Positions 21,746 to 34,946 of a stretch of 64,000 bases of DNA are shown piece after piece (within the stretch, counting starts at the first letter, position 1; every line of letters starts with the position of its first letter). A program made the translations under genes and the position numbers. The DNA is taken from sequence record MZ422438.1; one strand, written 5' to 3'. The notes beneath the pieces are model-generated. The model saw nothing but the letters and a program-made list of their open reading frames with translations, was not told where the DNA came from and did not search any database.

Positions 21746-24700
21746 GTGCCAAAAGTAATTATATTAAATAATAAATATATACCAGATATTGGTAGTGGTC
21801 CAATACTAGAACCAATTGAAATCAGTAATGAAAAATACCATTATCTAATAGATAATGGTTTTAATATATATCAGATAGACGATAATGAAGATATTATGAT
21901 TGATCCATCCATAACTACCATATTGAAAGGTAAAGTTAAGTCAGTATATGGAATGTTTCATGCAGATCAGAAAAAACTTGATTCACTATTAATGTTTAAT
22001 AGAACAAGCATATCTTCATTAAAAAATGTTAATACTAAGAGTATTACAGAAAATAATAATATAATATATTGGAAATCAATAGATACCGATATTGCATATG
22101 TAAATTCTGACGGTTATATTGCTGCAAAAGAAAATGGTTACACAATAGTTACTGGTTTTGATTCAAATAATACGCTTAAAGCAATAATGTTCATAACGGT
22201 AATACCTAAACTTCCAATATTACCCAATGATATTAATGTTAATTTAGAAAGCTATATGGAACTTAATAGATATGCAGAATTTCAATACTTAGTTGAATTA
22301 CTTCCTAGCGAAGTAGATAATAATAAAGTAAGTATTACATCAAATAATATACAAATTGCAACTATTGATGAAAAGAATAAAAGAATTATTGCTGAAGAAC
22401 CTGGATATGCTGTTATTAATGTTAAGAGTGCAGAAAACCCTGAAGTATCTCATAGTACGTTGCTAAAAGTTTTTCCTAATGATGATAGGAATAATCCTTC
22501 TAATATAAATGTAAATATTCCGGACGAGATTACAATTAAGGTTGGAGAGGAAATTCCCTTTGAAGTAAAAATTACTCCTGAGTCGGCTAATAATCTAGGA
22601 TATATGTCTTTCTCATCAAAAGTTGGAATTGTATCTTTATTAGATAATAACCATATTCTTGGTAATAGTATTGGCGTAGCAACCATAACTATTGTATCGA
22701 ATAAAATATCATCATTATATAAAGAAATACGAGTTAATGTTGAAGCACCAGACCCTAATGATATTATTGTAAATTTAACTGAAGTATCTATTGAGAAAGG
22801 TCAGACTAGAGGGTTTAATGTAACAGTTCTTCCAATATCAGCTAATGACAGAACTTACAGTAATAGTTCTTTAAATGAAAATATTGCGACTGTAACTCAG
22901 AATAATATTATTACCGGAGTTAATATTGGGGACACAAAAGTAAGAATAACATCTAATAAAAAGCCTGAATTATTTAGGGATATTATCGTGCATGTTACTC
23001 CACCAAGCCCTAAAGATATTATGACTGATCTTCCAGACGAGATTACAATTACTGATACCGAAACTAGAAATTTTACAGTTCAAATTCTTCCTGAAGATAC
23101 ATTTAACAACAAATATGATATGGAAGTAACAATTCCGGATATTATTGATCTTGATAAAGAAAATTTATCATTTAAAGGTAAAAAGATAGGTGTAACTAAT
23201 TTAAGAATTTTTTCACAGTATAACCATGATATTTTTAAAAATGTTAAAATTAATGTAGTACCAAGTCCATTACCTGATCCGACATCTTTTAAAGTTATTC
23301 GTAGAGATACTGGGGAAGAATTAAAAAATGGAGATACTGTACCTAGTAATAAAGATATACTTTTTGATGTTATAGTTTTACCAGAAAATGCCAATGATAA
23401 AAGTTATATAGTATCATCTTCAGACGTAACGATTGCAAAAGTTAACTTAAATTCTATAATAGGAGTTTCTCCTGGTCAAGTTAATATTAGAATAACATTA
23501 AACAAAGTTTCAACAATATTTAAAGTATTTCAACTTAATATTGAAGAACCTGTTCCTACATTAATTGATATTGATGTACCAAGCAATATTACTGTACAAA
23601 CTATGCAAACACGTAATTTCACTGCAACTATATATCCTGAAAATACTCCATACCAAAATTTCTTAACATCTGTTGAAAATCCTGATATAGTAACTATTTT
23701 AGATAATACAAATCCAAAAATACGTACGATTAAAGGAATAAAACAAGGTGTAACTAAGGTTAAAGTGTATTCCGAATTTGATCCAACAATATTTAAAGAA
23801 ATTAACGTTACAGTAGTTAATCCTAATCCTAGTTCAATAGAAGTTTCTCCAAGAAGTATTTCAATGTTATTAAATGAAACTAAAGAATTGGATATTAATG
23901 TATTGCCAGAATATGCTAATGATAGAACATACACTATTAAACAAACAGGCTTAGGTATGGTTTCTATTAATGGAAATAAGATTACTGGTGTGTTAAAAGG
24001 AAATGTAAGATTAGATATTATATCTAACAAAGTAAGTTCTCTTGGAACTACGGTATATGTTACTGTTGATAATCCTGACCCTGAAGATATGATTGTCGAT
24101 ATACCTGACGAGATCGATATCAATGTAGATGAAAGAAGAAATTTTGGTATAACATTTGTTCCAGAAATAGTTAGTGATGATTCTATTATTATAACATCAT
24201 CTAATTCTAGTATTGCTATAGGTAGTGCTGTACAAAAATTTATTAATGGAGTTTCTGTTGGTACTGCAACATTAACTATTAGATCTAATAAAGTAGCTAC
24301 TTTATTTAAAGAAGTTATCGTAAATGTTCATGAAGATAGACCTGACCCAACAAGTATCAATGTTGGAACTAATCCGCTTACTTTAGAATTAGGTACTACA
24401 ACTCCAATAAATATTGCATATGAACCAGAAATTAATAGTGGTGGTAAAATAATTGATGATTATTCCACATCAAACACTATTATTAGAATGGATCAATTTA
24501 AAAATTCAATACAAGCTATTCGACTAGGATCTACTAGTATTAAATATACTTCTGAAAGATTTCCAAATATTACAAATACGTCTAAATATTACAGTTATTC
24601 CTCCTAGACCAAAAAGTATTAGTGATAACTTTTCATATAATAATTCTTTAAATGTTAATGAAGCAACAAATAAATCGTTAATTGTTAGCTTTTTACCAAG

Positions 24701-27700
24701 CACGGCGGTAAACATTGGATACAATGTAGTTATTGATGATCCAACTGTTTTATTATTTAATACAAACTCTAAGAAATTTGAAGCATTAAAAGAAGGAGAG
24801 ACTATCGTTAAGGTGGTATCTACTGATAATTCTTCTCTATTTGTAGAACATAAATTTAAAGTTAATAAAAATATTATTATCGATGACGGTGGTAACGGTA
24901 AAGATGATGATGGTAATGAAGTTATAGTTCCAAAATCAATAACGTCAGATATAGTCACTGAAATGATAGTCGATAAGAACTATCGGGTAAACGTAACAGT
25001 TTTACCAGATAATGCTATTGATAAAGGTTTTGAAGTTATAACTAGCGATAATAATGCGTTTAATATAGTTCAAAACAGTGGATCATATTTTACTATTAAA
25101 TCATTGGTTTCTGGAATGTATAATATTACGTTGCAATCTACATTAAATCCTAATATAAGCGTATCTTATGATATCGTGTCAGGCACTGAAGATGAATTAC
25201 ATCCAATCTTACCAGAAACAATAAATATTATAAATGCTACTGATGAAATGACTGTAGATGAAGGTACATCTATGAATTTAGATATACAAGTTCTACCAGA
25301 AAATTCAACTAATAAAAATGTAACTGGTTACAGTAGTAATGAAGAATTAGCAACTATACCTAATAATAAAACTATAAGTTTTATTAAAGAAGGTTCAGTA
25401 GACATTACAATTACATCAAATAAAGTACCTACATTAAGTAAAACAATTCACTTTATTATTAAAAAACCCGACCCTAAGAGAATTGAAATTAATGCACCCA
25501 ACGCAGTAACTTTAAATATCGGTGAGTCTAAAGAATATCTGATAAGTGTAATTCCTGAAAATAGTATTGATAAAGAATATATTTCAGAAACACTAGATTC
25601 TAGTATTGTTACTACTAATGGAAAAAATATTATTAAAGCGGTTAAAGAAGGAAACACTACAATTGTGTTTAGGTCTAAAACTTTTCCAGATATATTTACA
25701 CGACTTAATGTTATTGTTCTTCCTCCTGAACCGAATGAAATAATTGTATCTCCATCCAATGAAACAATTAATATGATTAAGCTTGATGAATTAGTATTTG
25801 ATGTAACGATTAATCCTTCAAACGCAATCGATTTAACATATAAGATTGAGTCAAGTGATACTAATATTGTAAAAATTAAAAATCAAGATACAGTGGTTGC
25901 AGTAAATCCCGGAGAAGCAAACGTGACTATATCGTCTAGACAGAATGCTAATCTAAAAGTTATTAAAAAGATTATTGTAACTGCGCCTGACCCAGAATCT
26001 ATAGATGTTATTGGTTTTGGACCAGACGAAACAATGATTACAAATTCAACAACTAAGTCCGTTAATTTTATAGTCAATCCGGCTAATGCTAAAGTATCTA
26101 ACTTTACAGTAGTATCTTCTAGTGATTCGGTACAAATTAATATTCCGGATCAAACAAAATATGGATTTACTGTAAAACCTGTTAAAGAGGGTAATGCAAT
26201 TATCACTATCCAATTATCATCATTCCCAGATATTATTTACAATATTAATGTAAGGGTGAATAACCCTGATCCTGAAAGCATAACTGCAGGGATAACTAAT
26301 CCTCCAAATATGCCTTCTGGAAATATTCCAGGAAAAGGAATTGCTATAGGAGAGAAGGTTGTATTAAATGCTAAGATACTACCTGAATATGCTAATGATA
26401 TAACTTACTCAATTAGTAGTAGCGATAATGATGTCTTTGAGGTTCGAGATGATGGAATTTATGCATTAAAAGCCGGAACATCTAAAGTTAGGGTATTCTC
26501 TAATAAAGTTCCAACAATATTTAAAGAATTTGATTTAGAATGTCTAGGTAATAATGTTAGTGATATTGAACTGGATATTCAGTCACCATTCAATATGGTC
26601 GTTGGTAATACGAAACAAATAAGTATAAATATTCTTCCTACTGATGCTATTGATAAGAGGTATCAGCTTAAAACAGATGACGCTAATATTGTATCGGTAT
26701 TAGATAATAATACAATACGAGCTATATCTCTCTGGGGTAAATGGTGAAGGATTTACGAATATACGAATAATATCTTTACGTAATAATTCTGTGGTTAAAG
26801 TAATACGAGTTAATGTAGAAAACTTAACGCCTCAAAGTATTGATCTTGTTCCATCTGGACCCATAGAAATATATTCATTAACATCAACTACATTTAATGC
26901 ATATGTAAGACCAGACACTGTAATTGATAGGGATACGGTAGTTAGTAGTTCAGACATTTCAATAGCTACGGTTCAACAATCATATATAACTGAAGGTGGC
27001 ATAAAAATTACTAGAGTTACAGTAAATGCACTTAAATCTGGAAATGTTAATATTCGTGTATCATCTAATAATTATAGAAATATTTTTAAGATGATTAATA
27101 TAAATATTATTGACCCAGATCCGGAATCAATTACTGTAACTCCATTAACAATAAATATGGCTCAAGATACATCTACTAATTTTAATGTAAATATTCTTCC
27201 AGAGAATGCTAATGATAGAACATTTAATACTGAGATTGCAGATCCTACAATTGTTTCTGTTAATGGAAATACAATTACTGGTCTTAAAACAGGAACGACT
27301 ACAGTTAAAGTATCTTCAAATAAAATACCATCATTAAATAAGACAATCACAGTCAATGTGAGTCTTCCTAATGTAAATAAAATTGAGATTACTACTGCAT
27401 TAGTTGCGGGAACAGTTAATACTGTATATGAGGGCGAGTCTTATCCATTTCTTATTAAGTTATTGCCAGAAGTTGCTGCAGATAAATCATTTACGATAAA
27501 ATATTCTGCTAATGCTGATATGTCTGGTACTGCTGATTACTCATTTAATTTTGGATATCGTAATGATTCATTAAATCCATCACTATATATATCAGCTACA
27601 AGTTCATCTAGATATGTTCCACCTTTTGTTAGATATATTCAAGTGGTTTCAGCTAATGGAATTACCTCGGATATATATGGTCTAAGTGTTGTACTTAAAC

Positions 27701-29880
27701 CTATATATAAAATGGATAGTACATTTACATTTTATAATGATCAGTAAGCTTCTGCTAAAACTACTATATCTTTTGATAGTACTAATCCTAATTCTGAAAA
27801 TTATGTAATTAATGCCTATGCCGGAACAACAGCTAGAGACCCTAATATTAATACTGTTAATTTATATCCTCTTGAAGCAAAAGATACAAATTTAACAGTT
27901 ACTATAAGTGATCCTACAAAAGCATCATATAATAGTACAACTAAGACTTTTACAGCTCTTCAATATGATACTGAAACTACTGCAAAGATTGCATCCACAA
28001 CTAGCCCTGATGTATTTGTAATTGTTAAGATTAAATGTATGAGATCTAGAATAACGTCTGTACAAGTTACAGGTCAGAATGGATTAAGATATAGTACTGG
28101 CGATGTCTTTGGAATAGTAGTAACAACTGGTCCAGAAGGTGCTATTGATACAAATGATTATACATTATCTTCAAGTAATGATACTATTATATCAATAAAT
28201 AATGAAACTAGAACTGGAGTTGCTTTAAAGGCAGGTTCATCAACTATTACCGCATTATTTAATAAAGCCGGCGTATCAAATAGTGCTAGATTTACTATAT
28301 CTGACGTACTTCCCACTTCAGTAGGTATTACTGACCCTCCAGGAGGTTCTGAGCTAATTATTGGAAGATCCTATCCGATAACTCCAAGTGTATTGCCGAC
28401 TAATACAACTAATAAAGCGGTAACCTATTCTGGAAATAATTCAAGTTATTTAACATTGTCTAAAATAAATAATATTGATTATATTAATGTGTTGGGTAAA
28501 ATTGCAACAAATACACCTATAACTATTCGATCAGTTGCTAGTACGGGAATTTACAGTACAGTTCAATATAAGACTGCGTATGAATACCCAACAAGCATTG
28601 ATATATCCAAAATTAATGACTCATATAATTTAACTGAAACAATTGACTTATCTACTTTGATAAATATAATTCCATCAAATACCGATAATGATAATAATTA
28701 TACAATAACAACTCAAGATACCGATAAAATAAATATTGATGGTAAGAAATTAACATTTATTAAAGATGGTAGTGCAACTATTACAGTAACTCATAATAGA
28801 AATAATATTTCCGTTAATAAATTGATTAATATTGTATATAATGATTCAATTAAACCGAATATTGTATTTACTACTTCAAATATTATCATAAATAATAATG
28901 AATTTGATATTAAAAATAATATTACTAAAGATTTAACACTAGATGAATACCTCATTACTGGTGATCTTAATGGTTGGAGATATAATGGCAATAAGAAGTT
29001 TTCAGATAGTGGAGATTTTCAAATTAAATTTAATTATCCTATTAATATGCTTGAATTTGAAAGTATTAATGATCAATTTTCAAGTGAATTTATGTATAAT
29101 TTAAATAATCCGGATTCTAAAGTTGATCCACCCCAATATGTTGACCTTGATAGGGGTAGTGATTTGATTAATGATCGATTATTTAGTATATTAGATACGT
29201 ATACCATTTCTTCATATTATAATAAACGAAGAAGTACTAGTGGTAATGAAAGTCAATCATATATTGTAAGCGCTTCACCAGTAATAAATAATATATCTCC
29301 TGCAGGAGAATATTTTTATAAAGTCTATGTAAAGAATGATCCTAATAATTATATTATTATTAGAATTAATATCGGTATTCATGGATCAAAACAATCCAGT
29401 AATTTGATATATAATGGATATCCTACTCTCATTAGTCCAGTATCAATATCTACTGATGATAATATAAACTATGAACTTAAAGTACAGCTGTATTTAAGAT
29501 CTAAGTGGTTGAGTGGGGACAAATCACCTTTATTATTTAATAATGAGTTAATTACTCATCGATTAATGCTTGATTCTTCATATAATAATAAAATAAATAT
29601 TAATGGTATTGAATATAATAACATTAGTGATTTTATTGAAATTGATAATAGAATTATTAATCGAATAAGTAGACTAGGTGTAAATCGTGTAAATACTATT
29701 ACCAATACTGTCGCATCTATTGATAGTGTGGTCGCAGCATATCCGGACAGGGTAAGTTATTTTATTAAAAGAAATCCTACTAAAAATGAAGAATTTAGTA
29801 TGGATATAAGATTAGTAAGTATTGAGGATTCGAATATCAAAATTCCAGTAACTTATACATTCACTACAATTAATAAATAA
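21746..29880 (+). CDS. Giant (~2,700 aa) Ig-like (Big_2-type) repeat surface protein; disrupted in this assembly
   Basis: GTG 21746 after AAGAGGTG. Roughly two dozen ~87-aa repeats (PxPxxIxV...VLPENANDKxY..SS..IATV..G...IxIxS..K.IxVxV). The four track ORFs join by +1 shifts near 24571 and 26730 and an in-frame TAA at 27745-27747. Confidence 0.8.
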
Positions 29881-29940
29881 TTCTTTCAAAGAAGCATATG
29901 ATAAGATTCTTGAAAAGAAGATTAAAAAAAAAAAAAAAAT

Positions 29941-29980
29941 AAATCTCCCATAACCTATTAATTTAGGTTATGGGAGATTT
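29941..29980. terminator. Bidirectional terminator between convergent genes
   Basis: aaatctcccataaccta/taggttatgggagattt, flanked by an A-run and a T-run. Confidence 0.85.
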
Positions 29981-29985
29981 TATGA

Positions 29986-30441
29986 TTATTTATTAAACAG
30001 ATCATCAATATTATTAGTATCGATATCTTCTTGAGTTTCTTCCTCATCATCTTCATCTAACGGTACAAAATTGATAACTGGTTTATATCCTAATGCCTTT
30101 GCAATATCTGATAGACTGGAATAAGATGTCGCACCTTTTTTCCGTAGTCTGTAAAAGATATTAGAAGCTCTTCCTTCATTATTAGGATTATCAAGATCAA
30201 ACTTTTCAAAGAATTCTTCAAATGTTTTACCTTTTTCACCCTGCTCATTAATGAATTCTGCAGTAATTAATGCTAATTCTGTTTGATTTTCAATAGAATC
30301 CACATCAATATGCAATGGACCAGTTAATTTCTTTCGTTTAGATTTCTCAGAAGGATCTTTAGAAGCCTTGATCATACTATCTTTCTTATCTAATTTATCC
30401 ATATTTACATTATTTAGTTTTGAAAATAGATCATCGGACAC
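29986..30441 (-). CDS. Putative XRE/Cro-like helix-turn-helix protein
   Basis: SYSSLSDIAKALGYKPVINFVP resembles the C-terminal XRE HTH pattern. Confidence 0.5.
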   Translation of the reverse strand: MSDDLFSKLNNVNMDKLDKKDSMIKASKDPSEKSKRKKLTGPLHIDVDSIENQTELALITAEFINEQGEKGKTFEEFFEKFDLDNPNNEGRASNIFYRLRKKGATSYSSLSDIAKALGYKPVINFVPLDEDDEEETQEDIDTNNIDDLFNK

Positions 30442-30469
30442 GAGAATTTCACCTCATTTATTATTCATA

Positions 30470-31546
30470 TTAGAAATCCATATCATCATTAGAAATTTCT
30501 TCAGAAGCACCAATCTCAGTTGATTTTGCAATTAATGATTTAAGATCTTTTGATCCACCACTAGCTTGGATAATTTCTGTATCCACATCTTCTGTTTGTT
30601 TATCTGCAACTTTTTTCTAGGATGATTTAAAGTTACTACCACTATTATTACTGTTATTAAATGTAGAACTTACATTTTTAGGTTCAGTGGTTGTATCATT
30701 TTGTGATAGATTGTTATCATAAGGATGTTGAGTTGCGTTTGGATTCTTTCTAGTTACTCGATTACTATTGAATCCACCACTTGTGTTTCCTGAACGATTG
30801 AATGGAGTTGTTGATGTAGGTCTATTAAATCCACCAGTGTTTGGACGTTGACTAAATGAACCACTATTATTAGATTGACCTTGAGAATAATTTCCTCCGC
30901 CCAAAATATTAATAACGTGATCTAATTTATTTTCTACAGTATATAATTTCGCTTGAATTTTCTGGAACTCTTGTAGAATATAAAGATCAATATTATTAAT
31001 ACAATCAATCATATTGAATAATTGTAGTGTAGTTAGTTCTACTGAATATTCATCGCCATTTACGCATAAAATAAATCCTGGATAAGTAGTATCATCATTA
31101 CGATGAATGATTGAAGGATAGATTAATAATTTTTTACCTTGACCACCAAACTCTGGAGAGAACCATTGTGGTAATTCTGGAAGATCCCATACACGATTAC
31201 CTGAATTATTACCTTCAATAATTTCATTAGCAACTTGGTTCATATATGATTTTAATGTTTCATGATGAGCCTGACTAACTACAACATTCTCACGAACGCT
31301 TTGATTAGTTTCAGGATTAAATCGACTATAATCAAAACGTAAAAACACCGTTGCGCTGTTTTGAATACTAGTTAACGTTTGAACATCGGAATATCGATCT
31401 GAAGTGTATTCTCTTGCATATTCAGCATCCCTACGTTTATCATTAGTTGATGTTTTATTACCTAGTAATAAAGAACTTTCTAGTTTAAAATTGAAAGCAC
31501 TAAATAGCGTTAGACCATGAGATTCTACTGGATTAAAATTTGACAA
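30470..31546 (-). CDS. Putative ssDNA-binding-type protein with G/N/S-rich linker and acidic tail; in-frame TAG at 30617-30619
   Basis: The frame continues 48 codons past the TAG to ...EEISNDDMDF*, an SSB-like C-terminus. Confidence 0.45.
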
Positions 31547-31616
31547 AATATGATTCCTCCTAATAATTTTATATATTACAATAATATAATATATGATTAT
31601 AATTTATTTTAAATGA

Positions 31617-32237
31617 TTATTCATTTGTATCTTGATTTAATGATAATGCAGTAAGTCTGGAAAGCTTACTAACAAACTGACTTCGTATAATTGATGAGTA
31701 CAATGCTTCTTCAGGAACATTAAACATTTCACCAATCTTACTGATACTGTCACCTGAAGTATAATCTAAGAATTGATATACACTAAAAATATTGATAGGT
31801 TCAGGAATGATATATTCTGGAATTACTGGAATTTTATTTTTAAATAAGAAAGCTTTATCTAAGAAATGAATCCAATCTATTGGATTATCTACCCAAAAAA
31901 GTATTTTATTTTTTCCTGAATTAGAAAGCTCTAATAACAATGATTCAATATTATTGTATATTGTTGCATCTTCATCTTTCATAATTCTAATATTTTTGTT
32001 AGCATCATAAGTATAAATCTTTTCAACATTATTCGCTAGTTGATTATTATATACTTTCATACTATCTTCTTGGGATATAGCTGTAGCAATATCGTAATTT
32101 GTAAATTCATAATAGTAATTAGATATTACACCTTCTGCTTCTTCTACACCCAAACACATATTCATGATGTTAGATGACGTACTAGACCCATCTAACATAC
32201 ATGATAAGTAAATATTTACAATCTTAGTTCTTTCCAT
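31617..32237 (-). CDS. Degenerate DEDD-fold (Rv2179c-like) 3'-5' exonuclease homologue
   Basis: Pattern IYLxCxxxG...LG...YYEFTNYD...DWIHF...INI resembles the family, but Exo I acidic residues appear replaced. Confidence 0.35.
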   Translation of the reverse strand: MERTKIVNIYLSCMLDGSSTSSNIMNMCLGVEEAEGVISNYYYEFTNYDIATAISQEDSMKVYNNQLANNVEKIYTYDANKNIRIMKDEDATIYNNIESLLLELSNSGKNKILFWVDNPIDWIHFLDKAFLFKNKIPVIPEYIIPEPINIFSVYQFLDYTSGDSISKIGEMFNVPEEALYSSIIRSQFVSKLSRLTALSLNQDTNE

Positions 32238-32240
32238 ATT

Positions 32241-32960
32241 TTACCCATCCTTATTTAATTCTTTTTGTTTTTTCATTTCTTTATTATAGAATATATCATG
32301 AGTTAATAAAAATTTGAAATTAAGTTCAGAATTAATACTATTGATAATATCTTTAATACTTTTATTAATAACTGCAGGGTTTGTTAAATCTTCAAGAATT
32401 TTCTTTTCCCTAATATCATTATTAATAGTTAAAGACATATCAAGTAGATCGTTTTTAATTTTATGATATTTTTCAAATTTAAGTTTACGATGTCTATAGA
32501 AAAAACCATCACTATTATTTTCACTATACATCTTTAAGAATGATGCATATTTATTAAATAAGTCTTCCCTTTGAATTTTAATTTCACCTTTTTGGAGTTC
32601 TAAAATTTCAATAGACCTTTTAATATGGTTATTAATTTTTCTAAGTTGAGTTAATTCAATATCAATAATCTCTGTAACAAGATCAAAATTTACAATTCCG
32701 ATAATATTACCGTCAATATTAATATTAAATCTAAGAATATTAAAGTCTTCTGAAATTTTAGCACCAATTAATGAAAAGATATCTTCATCATACTGTCCAG
32801 TATTAACATTCTTTGTTAAAGAATATATAAAATCTTTCTTAATACGATTCACAATCGTATTAAAGATATTTTTACTAGCGATTAATTCTTCAATGAATTT
32901 TGAAGGATTTGTTTCTGAGAGGGAATAACGATCGTTAGATGCATACAAAATTTTCACCAC
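32241..32960 (-). CDS. Hypothetical coiled-coil protein
   Basis: 239-aa ORF coupled to its neighbours. Confidence 0.6.
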   Translation of the reverse strand: MVKILYASNDRYSLSETNPSKFIEELIASKNIFNTIVNRIKKDFIYSLTKNVNTGQYDEDIFSLIGAKISEDFNILRFNINIDGNIIGIVNFDLVTEIIDIELTQLRKINNHIKRSIEILELQKGEIKIQREDLFNKYASFLKMYSENNSDGFFYRHRKLKFEKYHKIKNDLLDMSLTINNDIREKKILEDLTNPAVINKSIKDIINSINSELNFKFLLTHDIFYNKEMKKQKELNKDG

Positions 32961-32966
32961 TTTCCG

Positions 32967-34436
32967 CTATATAATTTCCAATTTAGATTCAATAATTTCT
33001 TTACATCTTTTACGATAAATTTTCTTTCTTTTAGTTAATTGACGTTTACATTCATCAAAACCTGTATCAATGACATCAAAGTATAGACATTCTTTATTTT
33101 TTACCTTACGTAAACGACCCATAATTTGTATCAACCCTTCTTCAGAACCAGAAGGTACAGTATTTACTAATACTCGTAAAGATTGTTCATCTAAACCTTT
33201 ACCGAAAGATTTATCCGTAGTAACAATAATATCTTTTTCAAACGCAGTAGATTTTTCATCTTTAGGAACGTCTGAATAAAATCTACTTACCGATATATCC
33301 CACTTATTATTTTCAATTTCTACTAAGAAATCTTGGTAGAAAGCATTAACCATAATCTTATTTTTAAATAAGATTGCAGTCTTTCTTTTATTCTTACCTT
33401 TATCAAAGATAATATCGAAGATAATCTGATAAATATAGTTATAATATTCATCATGCTTTTTATCAATAATATACTGAGAATAGCTTGGTACATTAAATCC
33501 ATAACCTTTAGATTTCTTTCTAATTTCAACTAAATCTTCATTACTAGGTTTAGTATCTATTTTACAAATGATTGTTCTAATGTATCTATCACTATCACTA
33601 ACTACAGTAGAGAATTTTGGAACGTTCATATACATATTCTGATAAACTTTATTTTCAATAGGATTAGATCTACTAGGAGTCGCAGTTAAATATAATGATG
33701 GACAGTCATAAGTAGAATCAATATTAAATACAGAAATATATTCAACGTGAGCTTCATCATAAACTTTAATTGATATTCCAATTCGATTAAATAACTTTAC
33801 AACCCTATCAGGATCAGACTGAATTAATTGGTTAACAGTCTTGTGAATAGATAAAAAGAATTTATACTTAGATATATCACGTTTAGTCATCTTTTCTAAT
33901 TTTTCAATAGATTCTATTCCTGAAATAATATAAATATTATCTAATGATACGTCTGTATATTCACTAATTCTATCCTTCCACTGTTCTAATAATGATTTCA
34001 TATCAATAAAGATAATTGGTACTGCTTTGATTTTATTAATATAATTAATAGCACAAAAAGTTTTCCCTTCACCAGTCTTTAACGATAAAAACTTTTGATA
34101 ATAATTATTATCATCATTAAGAAAATTCATTGCATCTTCTTGAATTTTATTTTTAGGTTTATATTTCATTTTAAAATTATTTTTCCTAAGAATATTTTTA
34201 TTTCTTTTATCATTAATATGAATATTAACATTTTGTCTTCTTCTTAAGTTACTAGATAAAGAATCAATATCAATACCAGAAGGAAATATTGCTTTATCAT
34301 CATCTATCTTGTATGCTTTAAAATCATACTTAAACCATTTAGCATTCCATACAGAAAGACTATTTTCTACAGCACTAGCCATTTTTTCGCTATAGTTATT
34401 AATAACTATCCTTGTTGGATAAATATCAAGATCCAT
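32967..34436 (-). CDS. SF2 DEAH helicase (UvsW-like)
   Basis: Walker A LKTGEGKT, Walker B VYDEAH, motif III LTATP, motif VI QIMGRLR. Confidence 0.9.
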   Translation of the reverse strand: MDLDIYPTRIVINNYSEKMASAVENSLSVWNAKWFKYDFKAYKIDDDKAIFPSGIDIDSLSSNLRRRQNVNIHINDKRNKNILRKNNFKMKYKPKNKIQEDAMNFLNDDNNYYQKFLSLKTGEGKTFCAINYINKIKAVPIIFIDMKSLLEQWKDRISEYTDVSLDNIYIISGIESIEKLEKMTKRDISKYKFFLSIHKTVNQLIQSDPDRVVKLFNRIGISIKVYDEAHVEYISVFNIDSTYDCPSLYLTATPSRSNPIENKVYQNMYMNVPKFSTVVSDSDRYIRTIICKIDTKPSNEDLVEIRKKSKGYGFNVPSYSQYIIDKKHDEYYNYIYQIIFDIIFDKGKNKRKTAILFKNKIMVNAFYQDFLVEIENNKWDISVSRFYSDVPKDEKSTAFEKDIIVTTDKSFGKGLDEQSLRVLVNTVPSGSEEGLIQIMGRLRKVKNKECLYFDVIDTGFDECKRQLTKRKKIYRKRCKEIIESKLEII

Positions 34437-34518
34437 TCATATATCACACCTTTATTAGTTTAAAATCAATAGAATGTATTATATAACTAAATAATACATT
34501 CTATTGATATATTTTAAT

Positions 34519-34917
34519 TTAATATTCTTTAAAGAATAAGTGAGGAAAAGATTCAAAGAAATTAATATGGTTAAGTTCTTCAGGACTTTCAGCATCTGTA
34601 GCATTAATAATGTAACCAAAAATAGGGACTTTTGAAGTGATATAATATTTACCTTCTTTAAATGGACCAACTGTCTTTTGACATTTATCCATTAAATATA
34701 ATTCACCATCTAACTGGTATCCTACTGAAAGTTTATCACCTAGTTCATACATTGATAAAAAATCGGTATTATTAATAAATTCTGTAAATTCTTTTGGATT
34801 ATTGGTATATCGTCTGATTCTAAATTTATTTTCATCTGGAATATTATCTAAACTAATAATAAATCTATTTTTTTCTACTTCTTCGGAATCAATTAAATTA
34901 TCTTTGTCCATATTCAT
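34519..34917 (-). CDS. Hypothetical protein
   Basis: 132-aa ORF with GGGAGA RBS. Confidence 0.6.
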   Translation of the reverse strand: MNMDKDNLIDSEEVEKNRFIISLDNIPDENKFRIRRYTNNPKEFTEFINNTDFLSMYELGDKLSVGYQLDGELYLMDKCQKTVGPFKEGKYYITSKVPIFGYIINATDAESPEELNHINFFESFPHLFFKEY

Positions 34918-34946
34918 ATATCTATATATCTCCCTTATAAATAAAA

